A stretch of 36,750 bases of DNA from a virus (lineage: Duplodnaviria; Caudoviricetes): positions 1 through 36,750 of the IMG/VR virus record IMGVR_UViG_3300032024_000036, one strand, 5' to 3'. The notes below the pieces were generated by a model. It saw nothing but the letters and a program-made list of their open reading frames with translations, was not told where the DNA came from and did not search any database. Of this stretch, positions 1 through 9,466 are shown piece after piece (the stretch's first letter is position 1; each line of letters starts with the position of its first letter). The translations under genes and the position numbers were made by a program.

Positions 1-2
1 GC

Positions 3-2804
3 AACACCGCAGTCGCAATCGTGCAGTTGAGCGGCGCCTGCACCGGCTGCATCATTGACAACAACTACCTGCACGGGGTCACCCGCGATCCGCTTGGTGA
101 TTTCTCTGTGGCAGGCAGCTACGTCAACCCGGACGTTGGCATCGGCTCGTTCAATTCTGGCGGGTATCTCGACGGGGCCACCATCACCCGCAACCGCATC
201 GAGCACGTCAACGAAGGTATCATCACCAACTTGCAGACCGCAGCGCCGGTGACCGTGACCGACAACAACATCGGCTACACCTATTCGGACGCGATGAAGT
301 GGACCATTCGGGGGGCTGGTGGCCTGACCGCCGTCAAACTGTGGGCGCGCAACCGCTGGCATCACATGATGGGCCGACAGGATGACGCATCGGGCGGCGG
401 CCCGCACTCGGACTTCCTCCAACTGGTGCAAACCGCTGTTTCAGCTAACCAGAACATCACCAATTTCTCGTTCTTCCAGAACCGCTATATCCTGACTACC
501 AACACACGCGGCTTCAATATCCAGGGTCTGGTGAGCTTCGATGACGGGCTTGGGCGTTCGACGTTTGTTAACCCGATCATCACTGGTAACCTGCATGTGA
601 CCGATAGCACCCATGGGATCAATCTCAAGGTCAATGGTGGCAAGATTGCGCACAACACTATCCTGAGCGTACTCGGTGCCCCGCTCGGTGGGCCGCCCTT
701 CGGCAAGTCTTTCCGCAACGCAATAATTACACTGGTAGTCAGTGGTGCCAGCCCCGAAATCACCCGTAACGTCTATGATGAGGCCCCGATAATCACTGGC
801 ACGGCAACCCTCACCGACAACATCCTGCTTGGCGAGAATGGCGCAACCATCACCTATGACACCGCTATGGTAGGCCCCGGCTTCCAGCCGAACGACGAGC
901 CGAGCGAGGCTGCGTTCGCGCTCAAACCTGGTGGTCCGCTCGATCTGCCCTTCGGACGTGGTGCCATGGGGTCTCAGATCGGCACGTTCGGAACGGTCAC
1001 CGACCCGACCACCTGGGCCTACAACCCGGTGTTCGAGGATATCAATCCCGGCGTCACCCAAGCCTTCGCACTGACCGCGATGCCATATGACGGCTATGTC
1101 TTCGACACCCCCGACAACATCACTGCCCCGGTCATCATCCGGGGTCAGGGCACCACCGGGCAGTCCATTCAGGCGCGGGGCGAGAGTGCCGGCGGCAACA
1201 CCGCATGGACAGCAACCACCGTCGATGCGCTCGGCAACTGGTCGGTGCAGATCGACGTTCCCGCCGCGCAATGGGGCCAGTGGTATACGCCCGCCGCAAG
1301 GGTCGGCACAAACGATCTGACCAAGCTGACCCATGCCAACACTTTCGGCTGCGGCCATGTGGTTGGATTTCTCGGGCAGTCCGAGGATGTCTATGTTACC
1401 TCGAACCATTCCTTCTACCGACAGATCGCGGCGCCGGCCATTGTCGCCGAGAACGCCACGGCCATTGTCCTGGACGCCAACGTCAACGGCGGCGCTACAT
1501 CGCCGTTCCGACTGACCGCCGCCAACGTCGCGGCAGGCAAGTGGAACCACGGGCTGATCGCCCTTGCCAATGCGCTGGCCCGTGCAAAGCCGGGCAGGAA
1601 GTTCTGCTTCCTCGATCTGGCAGAGGCAGGCACCGGGCCGCAGTCGCTGATGAACAACGCCGATACGAATTTCAATTGGGCGACGGAATTTCAGCCGCCC
1701 ATTGATCTTGCCCGGTCAGGTGGAAGCGAGATCGGCCATGTCATCTACTTGTGGTATAACTCGCCGTCCGCCACCATCAAGACATTCCCGACCGAATGGG
1801 CGCCCTTCTTCATGGGGCAGCGATGGGGCGGCGGCGCCTTCACGCTCGGCACAACAAACCCGGACTCGACCATCAATCCCGGCACCACCGTTGATCGGAT
1901 GCTCTGGGACGTGACGGCTCCGGCCGGCCAGAAGGGGCGCGGCATCTTCTCGACGCGCACCAAACTGAACATTATGACGCCCATGCCATTCCTTGACTCG
2001 ATGAATACCGAGGTGCTGAATTTCAATACCGAGGTAGGAGGCGGGCATTCGACGCTTGGGCGGCACTTCCAGCTTGACCGTCCGGCCCGTGATCAGATGA
2101 AGGCTTTCTTCGATGATACTAGGGTGCAGACCTTCGCGGGTGTATTCGGACCTTCAGCGCACATTACCAAATTCGGCGGGGGGTCGTCTGAAATCCACCC
2201 GGACGTGACAGACCCCATCGGCCAACCGCAATACGCAGTCAACCGGCTTCCGGTAATGATGGCGGCGGCGGGCACACCAATGCCGGAACCGACGATCATC
2301 AGCGTCACGCGCGAGGCGACGGGGGCATGGGCCGATGTTGTCGTCAACCTGCCGAATGACGGATCACTGACCGTCATCCGGGCGCTTCGTGGCACTGCCG
2401 GGCCGGCTACGGAGCCACCCCACTACCAGCCGGTGATGGGCTTTGAAATCCGCAGGGCTGCGGACACCGACCTTCAGCGCCGGCCGGTGTTCAAGACCAC
2501 CGAGACCACCTACCCGGTGGCCTATCGCGGCACGGTCACGATCATTGATGCGGGCACTGGCGTTGCGCCGTTCAGGACCGGGCGGGTCAGGATCACCCCG
2601 ACCACACCCTTCGCGGCTGGTGACATGCTGGAATACTTGCGGGGTGCGGCGGTGGCAATGATCTTCAAGCCTGTTGATCTCCCCGCACGGCTCTATGAGA
2701 ACATGCTGATCGAGCATCTGCCGGCGCTCTACTTCCCGGCCGATCTTTACCCGTTCTATGGCGTCCCGGTGCGTCCGCAGCCACCAGTTCTGGTGATGAC
2801 TTAA
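3..2804 (+). CDS. Putative tailspike/depolymerase (beta-helix + Ig-like + SGNH/SASA-like esterase region), 5'-truncated
   Basis: Frame is open from base 3. The N-terminal part has Asn/Gly/Thr-rich PbH1-like repeats and HSDFLQ; the middle has an Ig-like segment (GQGTTGQSIQAR...TVDALGNWSV); later GHVVGFLGQSE and SEIHP. About 60% GC by spot counts. Confidence 0.6.
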   Translation, partial: NTAVAIVQLSGACTGCIIDNNYLHGVTRDPLGDFSVAGSYVNPDVGIGSFNSGGYLDGATITRNRIEHVNEGIITNLQTAAPVTVTDNNIGYTYSDAMKWTIRGAGGLTAVKLWARNRWHHMMGRQDDASGGGPHSDFLQLVQTAVSANQNITNFSFFQNRYILTTNTRGFNIQGLVSFDDGLGRSTFVNPIITGNLHVTDSTHGINLKVNGGKIAHNTILSVLGAPLGGPPFGKSFRNAIITLVVSGASPEITRNVYDEAPIITGTATLTDNILLGENGATITYDTAMVGPGFQPNDEPSEAAFALKPGGPLDLPFGRGAMGSQIGTFGTVTDPTTWAYNPVFEDINPGVTQAFALTAMPYDGYVFDTPDNITAPVIIRGQGTTGQSIQARGESAGGNTAWTATTVDALGNWSVQIDVPAAQWGQWYTPAARVGTNDLTKLTHANTFGCGHVVGFLGQSEDVYVTSNHSFYRQIAAPAIVAENATAIVLDANVNGGATSPFRLTAANVAAGKWNHGLIALANALARAKPGRKFCFLDLAEAGTGPQSLMNNADTNFNWATEFQPPIDLARSGGSEIGHVIYLWYNSPSATIKTFPTEWAPFFMGQRWGGGAFTLGTTNPDSTINPGTTVDRMLWDVTAPAGQKGRGIFSTRTKLNIMTPMPFLDSMNTEVLNFNTEVGGGHSTLGRHFQLDRPARDQMKAFFDDTRVQTFAGVFGPSAHITKFGGGSSEIHPDVTDPIGQPQYAVNRLPVMMAAAGTPMPEPTIISVTREATGAWADVVVNLPNDGSLTVIRALRGTAGPATEPPHYQPVMGFEIRRAADTDLQRRPVFKTTETTYPVAYRGTVTIIDAGTGVAPFRTGRVRITPTTPFAAGDMLEYLRGAAVAMIFKPVDLPARLYENMLIEHLPALYFPADLYPFYGVPVRPQPPVLVMT

Positions 2805-2819
2805 CACTTAGGAAAAATA

Positions 2820-3344
2820 ATGTTAGAATACACCCCAGATAAATCCAGGTTCAAGGATGAAAAAGGTAGGTACATTGTCCAAGGCTTGTTTCTTGAAGAC
2901 AGGTATAATACCGACCTATCAGTCTACACTTTTGATGGTATTGACAAGGAGTATAGGGGGGTAGTTTACCCCTCACTCAAACGTCTTTACATCGCCGAAG
3001 GTGACCCCAAAGAATACCTGTTTGCAAATAAGTACTTATTTGATTGGGATCATTGGCAGCGACTATGTAATAATGCGATTATTGGCCGCCACATTGAGAA
3101 ATGGCGGGAGGAACTGGAACTCAGCTTGGTATCAGAGGGTGTGTCTGCCCTCATTGACCTCGCGCTAAATGAAAAGTCCTATCAAGCCTCTAAATATCTC
3201 GCTGATAGGGGTTGGGATAAACGTGCAAGGGGAAGGCCCTCCAAAGAAGAGATTGAGGGTCATTTGAAAAGAAGCATCTCTGACACAGACGAATACAACA
3301 GGGATTTCGAGCTACTCAAATTCCATAAAGAAGGCAGTGGATAA
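2820..3344 (+). CDS. Putative terminase small subunit
   Basis: 174 aa, directly upstream of and coupled (TAATG overlap) to TerL; helical, with an RGRPSK motif; AGGA RBS. Confidence 0.7.
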   Translation: MLEYTPDKSRFKDEKGRYIVQGLFLEDRYNTDLSVYTFDGIDKEYRGVVYPSLKRLYIAEGDPKEYLFANKYLFDWDHWQRLCNNAIIGRHIEKWREELELSLVSEGVSALIDLALNEKSYQASKYLADRGWDKRARGRPSKEEIEGHLKRSISDTDEYNRDFELLKFHKEGSG

Positions 3345-4942
3345 TGGATGATTGGCTTAAAGAGGCGTATGAAAAATTAGACTCTATGCCTACTCAGGCC
3401 AAGGAGGTCAGAAAAGCTGCGGAAGGTGACTTATTCTTTTTCGCACAACTCGTAAATCCTGGATATATGTATGGCAGCATCCATCGGGAACTATTCCGGT
3501 GGATGCAGGACTATAGTCTATTTGGTATTGGTCAAACCATGACTGACAACAAAATGATCATGCTGCCTCGTGCCCATTTGAAATCACATATGGTAGCAAC
3601 TTGGTGTGCATGGGTTGTTGTCAGGCACCCTGAAGTAACTATTTTATACGTCTCTGCAACTGCGGACTTGGCCATGACGCAGTTGTACGATATCAAGAAC
3701 ATTATGGATAGTTCCATCTTTAAGAAATATTGGCCTGAGTACATCCATCCAGATTCTGGTAAGAGGGAAAAATGGTCCGCTACCAAGATCATTATAGATC
3801 ACCCCAAAAGGAAAAAAGAAGGTATCCGAGACGCCACTATTGCCATCGCTGGCCTTACTACAAACACCACAGGCTGGCACGCAGATGTAATCTGCGCCGA
3901 TGACCTTGTTGTACCTGAGAACGCCTACACAGAAGATGGCAGGGATTCAGTCTCTAAAAAGTCTTCGCAGTTTACTTCCATTCGTAATACTGGTGGGTTT
4001 ACATTAGCCTGTGGCACACGTTATCACCCTAATGACATATATGCCTCGTGGAAAGAAGCTGTATATGATGAGTACAATAACGATGGGGAATATCTGGGGA
4101 AACGTAAGGTTTGGGATGTGAAAGAATACCGGGTAGAGGAAGATGATATCTTTCTCTGGCCCCGTGTTATTCGCCCAAATGATAATAAAGCTTTTGGATT
4201 TGACAAAAGACATTTGGCCAGGATTTCTGCTGAGTACTCTGATAAAGTTCAATTCTATGCCCAATACTATAATGACCCCAACGACCCAAGTTCTGAGAGA
4301 ATCTCAAGAGAAAAGTTTCAGTATTACAATCAGAGATTCCTTCGTAAAGAGGGTGGTACATGGACCTACAATGGGTCCAGACTAAATGTGTACGCAGCGG
4401 TAGACTTTGCCTACTCCTTGAATAACAATGCTGATTATACGGCCATTGTAGTTATTGGTGTTGACAGTGATGGTAATATCTATGTACTTGACATTGATAG
4501 ATTCAAGTCTTTCAAAGTAATTGAGTATTTTCAACATATCGTTGCACTACACTCAAAATGGAATTTCAAAAAACTGCGCGCTGAAGTTACGGCTGCTCAA
4601 AAAACTATTGTAGACTCCATACAGGATTTTGTTCGTAAGGATGGTTTAAAACTCAAAGTGGAGGAATATAGACCAAACAAGTATGAAGGCAGTAAGGAAG
4701 AACGTATTGGTGCTGTATTGGAACCAAGGTATGAAGACCTTGATGTGTGGCACTTCGAGGGGGGATGGACCTCAGTGCTTGAGGATGAATTAATTAAGTC
4801 AAGACCTGCACATGATGATATCAAGGACGCCCTTGCGTCTGCTGTGAGTATCTCAGTGAAACCTATCAGAACTATGTCTGATAAACTGAAAGATTTTATT
4901 ACTCCCTCTTCGTATGGGAGTAAATTTGGAGGCTTCTACTAG
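3344..4942 (+). CDS. terL: Terminase large subunit
   Basis: Walker A variant LPRAHLKS, Walker B ICADDLV, GTRYH motif; nuclease motifs VDFA/DYTAI/HDDIKDAL; upstream of portal. Confidence 0.93.
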   Translation: MDDWLKEAYEKLDSMPTQAKEVRKAAEGDLFFFAQLVNPGYMYGSIHRELFRWMQDYSLFGIGQTMTDNKMIMLPRAHLKSHMVATWCAWVVVRHPEVTILYVSATADLAMTQLYDIKNIMDSSIFKKYWPEYIHPDSGKREKWSATKIIIDHPKRKKEGIRDATIAIAGLTTNTTGWHADVICADDLVVPENAYTEDGRDSVSKKSSQFTSIRNTGGFTLACGTRYHPNDIYASWKEAVYDEYNNDGEYLGKRKVWDVKEYRVEEDDIFLWPRVIRPNDNKAFGFDKRHLARISAEYSDKVQFYAQYYNDPNDPSSERISREKFQYYNQRFLRKEGGTWTYNGSRLNVYAAVDFAYSLNNNADYTAIVVIGVDSDGNIYVLDIDRFKSFKVIEYFQHIVALHSKWNFKKLRAEVTAAQKTIVDSIQDFVRKDGLKLKVEEYRPNKYEGSKEERIGAVLEPRYEDLDVWHFEGGWTSVLEDELIKSRPAHDDIKDALASAVSISVKPIRTMSDKLKDFITPSSYGSKFGGFY

Positions 4943-6732
4943 TGGCTAAAAATTCAGATCGTGTGGTCGAATTACAGGGGCTAATTGCGCCTGACAGGCC
5001 GGCTGATTGGATCAGCAACCTTTGGATAAAATACAATTCACAAAGGGCTACCAGGGTTAGTGAGTGGGTAGAACTGGATCAATATCTATTTGCTACCAAT
5101 ACTAAAACTACCAGTAACAAAACCCTACCGTGGACACATACAACTACTACACCCAAACTCACACAAATCAGAGATAATCTACATTCAAATTATATCTCTT
5201 CCCTGTTCCCCAACGACAAGTGGTTGACATGGGTTGCATTCTCTTCGGATAGTGCCAAGAAAGATGTAGCGCAGACACTCACATTCTATATGGAGAACAA
5301 GACTCGCGAAGGTGGGTTCAGAAATACTGTCAGCCACTTGTTATATGACTACATTGATCGTGGAAATGCCTTTGTAATGCCTTCTTTTGAGGCCCGTTAT
5401 AAAGTTACTGCCAATGAGAGAGTGTCTGATTTTATCGGGCCTAAAGCTGTTCGTATCAGCCCGTATGACATTGTGTTTGACCCCACTGCTGTAGATTTTG
5501 GGAACACTTGGAAAATCGTTCGTAGCCAGATGTCTGTTGGCGAATTGAAGAAGATGGCTATCACACACCCAGGAGAAACCTTTTGGGCTGATGCGTTTGA
5601 CCGCAGAATGTTGTTAAAACAATCTGCTTCAACTTTCAGTGCAGATGACTGGGCTAAAGCTCAACAATATGCTATTGATGGATTTGGTAGTCTGCAAGAG
5701 TATTACGGATCAAACACAGTGGAAATCCTTGAGTTCTATGGGGACTACCACGATGAGGAATCTGGGGAACTCAAGACAGATCGCATGATTACTGTCGTAG
5801 ATAGGTCTTTTACTGCTCGTGATATTGATACCCCCACCTATAGTGGTAAGCCTGCCATCAGGCACGTTGGTTGGAGGCTGCGGCCTGACAACCTGTGGGC
5901 CATGGGTCCATTGGATAATCTGGTCGGTATGCAATATATGATTGACCATTATATCAATATGGTCTCCAATGCCCTTGACTTGAAAGTTATGCCGCCCAAG
6001 AAGATTCTGGGGGATGTAGAAGCTTTTGATTGGTCCCCTAATGCAGAAATCCATTTAGATGAAAATGGTGATGTGCAAGAGTTGGCCCAGCAATTCGGAG
6101 ATGTCTTCGCTGTTCTGGATTATGTCAGGTTGACAGAAGAACGAATGGAGATGTACGCAGGGGCACCACGAGAGGCTATGGGTATTCGTACCCCAGGTGA
6201 GAAGACCGCCTTTGAAGTGCAATCATTAGAGAATGCTGCTGGCCGTATCTTCCAGGAAAAGATCATCCAGTTTGAAGTCTTTATGGAGGCCCTTCTTAAT
6301 GATATGTTGGAAGAGGCCCATCGTAACTTTGCTTCTTCCGATATTGTTCGTATCATTGACACTGATCTTGGAGTTGCCCAATTCAAGACCATCAGTAAAG
6401 AAGATATCACAGCAGATGGTATTTTACGTCCAATTGGGGCAAGGCACTTCGCCCAAAGGGCGCAAGAACTCCAAAATCTTGTTGGGGTATTCAACTCTCC
6501 CATTGGTAATATCATTGCTCCACACACCTCTGGTATTGGCCTGTCTGAGTTTATCAATGATGTAGTTGATCTCCGTGGATACACTATCTTTAGACCCAAT
6601 ATCGCGCTTGAGGAGCAACAAGAGACGGATTCTATTGCAACTCAGGCTCAAGAGGATAACATTCTCAAATCTCAAAATAGTGTTGAGGAACTAACCGCTT
6701 CGTTTGAGGCTACTCAAGGTCTTGCTCAATGA
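4942..6732 (+). CDS. Portal (head-tail connector) protein
   Basis: 596 aa after TerL; PKLTQIRDNLHSNY, YDYIDRGNAF, AMGPLDNLVGMQ and GEKTAFEV motifs typical of podovirus portals. Confidence 0.9.
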   Translation: MAKNSDRVVELQGLIAPDRPADWISNLWIKYNSQRATRVSEWVELDQYLFATNTKTTSNKTLPWTHTTTTPKLTQIRDNLHSNYISSLFPNDKWLTWVAFSSDSAKKDVAQTLTFYMENKTREGGFRNTVSHLLYDYIDRGNAFVMPSFEARYKVTANERVSDFIGPKAVRISPYDIVFDPTAVDFGNTWKIVRSQMSVGELKKMAITHPGETFWADAFDRRMLLKQSASTFSADDWAKAQQYAIDGFGSLQEYYGSNTVEILEFYGDYHDEESGELKTDRMITVVDRSFTARDIDTPTYSGKPAIRHVGWRLRPDNLWAMGPLDNLVGMQYMIDHYINMVSNALDLKVMPPKKILGDVEAFDWSPNAEIHLDENGDVQELAQQFGDVFAVLDYVRLTEERMEMYAGAPREAMGIRTPGEKTAFEVQSLENAAGRIFQEKIIQFEVFMEALLNDMLEEAHRNFASSDIVRIIDTDLGVAQFKTISKEDITADGILRPIGARHFAQRAQELQNLVGVFNSPIGNIIAPHTSGIGLSEFINDVVDLRGYTIFRPNIALEEQQETDSIATQAQEDNILKSQNSVEELTASFEATQGLAQ

Positions 6733-6968
6733 AATCAAGATGGGTAGAGGGCCTGGAAAACGAGGGTGATAAAGAAGAAGTAAAGTATGAGTTTGAAAAG
6801 GCATTAAAAACTCGTAAGAGGTTGTCGCAACTATTGGAAAAAGAGATTACAAGTATTGTTATAAACATGACAAATGAAGAGCATTTCGATAAAGACTGGG
6901 CCTTGGTGCAGGCTGATCGTGTGGCACAAATCAAGGCTTATAGAAAAATAATGAATCTTTTAGAATAA
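6729..6968 (+). CDS. Hypothetical protein (small post-portal protein)
   Basis: 79 aa, ATGA overlap with the portal stop; usual podovirus position. Confidence 0.75.
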   Translation: MKSRWVEGLENEGDKEEVKYEFEKALKTRKRLSQLLEKEITSIVINMTNEEHFDKDWALVQADRVAQIKAYRKIMNLLE

Positions 6969-7160
6969 TTTTTGTGACAAATCCCTCATTTTTCAAGTAT
7001 ATGTATATGAGGGTTATAAAATTGTATCTCCGGGGTTAATATATATATATAAGTATATATACTACGGAGTAGTATTACCAGTATATTATATAAAACATAG
7101 TATACTGGTTGGGGGGTTGAGACAATCTTTTCTCCTTTCTTATTGTCTCCCCCCCCTTTT
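6967..7160. promoter_or_regulatory. AT-rich intergenic region with four tandem inverted repeats
   Basis: ccctcat/atgaggg (6983-7013); atactac-gga-gtagtat (7059-7075); accagtatattat/atagtatactggt (7077-7109); gggggg-tt-gagacaat/attgtctc-cccccc then tttt (7111-7160). The repeats are seen directly; their function is inferred. Confidence 0.6.
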
Positions 7161-7178
7161 ACACACAAAGGAATAACA

Positions 7179-7946
7179 ATGTCTGACCAAGACGATATTT
7201 TCAATTTGACTGACCCCAAGGAAACTGAAACCAATCCGGCGGAGACCACGCCTGTTTCTCAACCTGATCCTTTCACTGACATTTTGATGGGTATCAAGAA
7301 TGAGAACGGAGAACCTAAATATAAAACTGTCGAAGATGCTCTCAAAGCTCTAGGACATTCCCAGCAATTTATCAAGACTCTGCAACAAGAAAAAGCAGAA
7401 CTTAAATCTCAATTTGAACAAGCGAGTAATGAATTAGAGAAGATGGGCAATATCGAGAGTTTTGTAAACAGGATTTCTCCTAACACTCAAACCCCCGCAC
7501 CTAACCCGACCGGCAAAGAGGCAGCGACGTTGAGTGAGACCGAAATCACCAAACTTCTTGAGAATGCACTCGAACAACGAGAAAAGCAGTCTCAAGAAAA
7601 GAACAACTATGATATGGTTGTTGGTGAAATCACTAAAGTACATGGGGATAAAGCCTCCGTGATCATCGCACAGCGAGCCAAAGAACTAAACACTACTACC
7701 GAAACCCTCCGTGAACTGGCAAAAAGTAATCCAGCAATGGCCCTTTCGTTACTTAGTGTTGCTGGTACTCAGCCTGTGCAACCTGTGAAATCTACAATCA
7801 ATGCCACCATCAAACCTAGTGATAGCACTGAAGCCCCAAAGTTTGAAAGGTCTGCCGCTCGTGGTGGGTTATCAAACAAGGATTTGGCGGATAGGTGGAG
7901 GCAAGTAAGAGATTTCACTTACAAGCAACTCAACGTAGAAAGCTAA
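7179..7946 (+). CDS. Capsid scaffolding protein
   Basis: Directly upstream of MCP; acidic and coiled-coil rich, KYKTVEDALKA motif. Start moved to ATG 7179 (AAAGGA RBS at 7167-7172). Confidence 0.8.
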   Translation: MSDQDDIFNLTDPKETETNPAETTPVSQPDPFTDILMGIKNENGEPKYKTVEDALKALGHSQQFIKTLQQEKAELKSQFEQASNELEKMGNIESFVNRISPNTQTPAPNPTGKEAATLSETEITKLLENALEQREKQSQEKNNYDMVVGEITKVHGDKASVIIAQRAKELNTTTETLRELAKSNPAMALSLLSVAGTQPVQPVKSTINATIKPSDSTEAPKFERSAARGGLSNKDLADRWRQVRDFTYKQLNVES

Positions 7947-7949
7947 TAA

Positions 7950-8894
7950 ATGCAACTTACTTCCAATACTCGTGCGTTTATTGAAGCAACCCAGTATAGT
8001 AACTTTATCCTTACTAATCTGCACGATGGTCTCTTGCCGGATACCTTCTATCGTAATGTCAGTGACTTTATGCATGGAGATGAACTCAAGATCAAGACTA
8101 TCGGTACTGTGACACTTCAAGAAGCGGCAGAAAACTCCCCTCTCGTCTACAATCCGATTGAGTCTGGTGAAATTACCTTTAGCATCACTGAGTACATCGG
8201 GGATGCGTGGGCAATTACTGATGACCTTCGTGAAGATGGCTCGCAGATCGAGCAACTTATGGCTGCCCGTGCCACGGAGAACACCCGTGCCATTCAGGAA
8301 CGTCATGAGACTGACTTTCTTGCCACGGCAGCCAGCATCTATGCTAGCGCCACTACTGGCCTTCCTGTTAATGGGTTCAACCACTTTATTGTTTCTGCTG
8401 AAACCAATAATGTCTTTTCCCTGGATCATTTGATCTCCCTTCGTCTTGCCTTCGATAAGGCTAACGTTCCGTCCACTGGTCGTGTCTTTATTGTTGACCC
8501 TGTTGTTGAAGCAACTCTTAACAGGCTTGTTTCGATCACCAACGATGTCACCGACTTTGCTAAAGCCATTCTGGAACGGGGTCTCGCTGCCGGGCAGAGG
8601 TTCATTAGCAATTGGTTTGGGTGGGATATCATGACCTCCAACAGGCTGTTTGTTGGGGCCGCTAACGATGGTGTTACCTCTCTTGGTTCTGCTGTGTTCA
8701 ACATTGGTATGTGTATTCTGGATGACCAGACTAAGCCTCTTATGGGTGCTTGGCGTCGTCAACCCAGTGTTGAGGGCGGGCGGAATAAAGACTACCGCCG
8801 TGATGAATTTGTAGTGACGGCTCGTTATGGCTTTGGTGTCCAACGTGTGGATACTATGGTTTGTGTTGCCACTTCGCCCACTGCAACCGCATAA
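7950..8894 (+). CDS. Major capsid protein (HK97 fold)
   Basis: 314 aa after the scaffold; AFDKANVPSTGRVFIVDP and ARYGFGVQR motifs; resembles PA11-like MCPs from memory. Confidence 0.92.
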   Translation: MQLTSNTRAFIEATQYSNFILTNLHDGLLPDTFYRNVSDFMHGDELKIKTIGTVTLQEAAENSPLVYNPIESGEITFSITEYIGDAWAITDDLREDGSQIEQLMAARATENTRAIQERHETDFLATAASIYASATTGLPVNGFNHFIVSAETNNVFSLDHLISLRLAFDKANVPSTGRVFIVDPVVEATLNRLVSITNDVTDFAKAILERGLAAGQRFISNWFGWDIMTSNRLFVGAANDGVTSLGSAVFNIGMCILDDQTKPLMGAWRRQPSVEGGRNKDYRRDEFVVTARYGFGVQRVDTMVCVATSPTATA

Positions 8895-8904
8895 GGAGTA
8901 AATT

Positions 8905-9411
8905 ATGGGTTACGAACAATCTAAATTTGGGGACGGCTCGGGCACTGGCTCGGGTAACGTCACTCAAGCAGTCCATAATCACTATGGTCCTCGTGTGGAA
9001 CTCAACCAAACGATTGGTGCATACAACACTGATGGTGTTGTCAACGAGTTGGTTATTGACTTTGACGGCACCGTAGTTGGTAATGCGGCTTACCCACTCA
9101 TCGCACCTAAACTCCCGGCTGGTGCCATTATCGAGGATGTTTACCTTTATGTTGATGAGGTATTCGTCCTTGGGGGCACTACTCCCGCTATCGAAATCGG
9201 GACTGAGGGTTCTGAAGCCACTAATGGTTTCACTATCTTAGAGGCCCAAGCTGAAGCGGTTGGCATGAAAGATGTCACCACTGCTCTCTCTGGCACTTGG
9301 ACCGCAGGTCTGGCGGCTGAGACTGTTGTAGGCATTGCCCTGTCGGGCACTACTCCAACCGTTACTTCTGCTGGTAAGGCCCGTGTAGTGATTCGCTACG
9401 CCAAAGTTTAA
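8905..9411 (+). CDS. Virion structural protein, probably capsid decoration/cement
   Basis: 168 aa beta-rich (LPAGAIIEDV...IEIGT); strong TAAGGAG RBS; lies between MCP and a terminator. Confidence 0.6.
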   Translation: MGYEQSKFGDGSGTGSGNVTQAVHNHYGPRVELNQTIGAYNTDGVVNELVIDFDGTVVGNAAYPLIAPKLPAGAIIEDVYLYVDEVFVLGGTTPAIEIGTEGSEATNGFTILEAQAEAVGMKDVTTALSGTWTAGLAAETVVGIALSGTTPTVTSAGKARVVIRYAKV

Positions 9412-9419
9412 GTAGCTTT

Positions 9420-9456
9420 ATAGGGGGCAGGGTTTTCCTGTCCCCTATTTTTATTT
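9420..9456 (+). terminator. Rho-independent terminator after the capsid genes
   Basis: atagggggcagg-gtttt-cctgtcccctat hairpin followed by a T-tract. Confidence 0.85.
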
Positions 9457-9466
9457 AGGAGAATCC

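Noticed and set aside
441-2807. Long antisense/alternate-frame ORFs (369, 166, 147 aa etc.)
   Set aside because: Shadow ORFs expected in GC-rich coding DNA; no motifs or RBS support.
7872-8843. 323-aa ORF antisense to the major capsid gene
   Set aside because: Mirror of a strongly codon-biased gene; no recognisable domain.
8870-8910. Programmed frameshift extending the MCP
   Set aside because: No slippery sequence seen, and the downstream gene has its own strong RBS.
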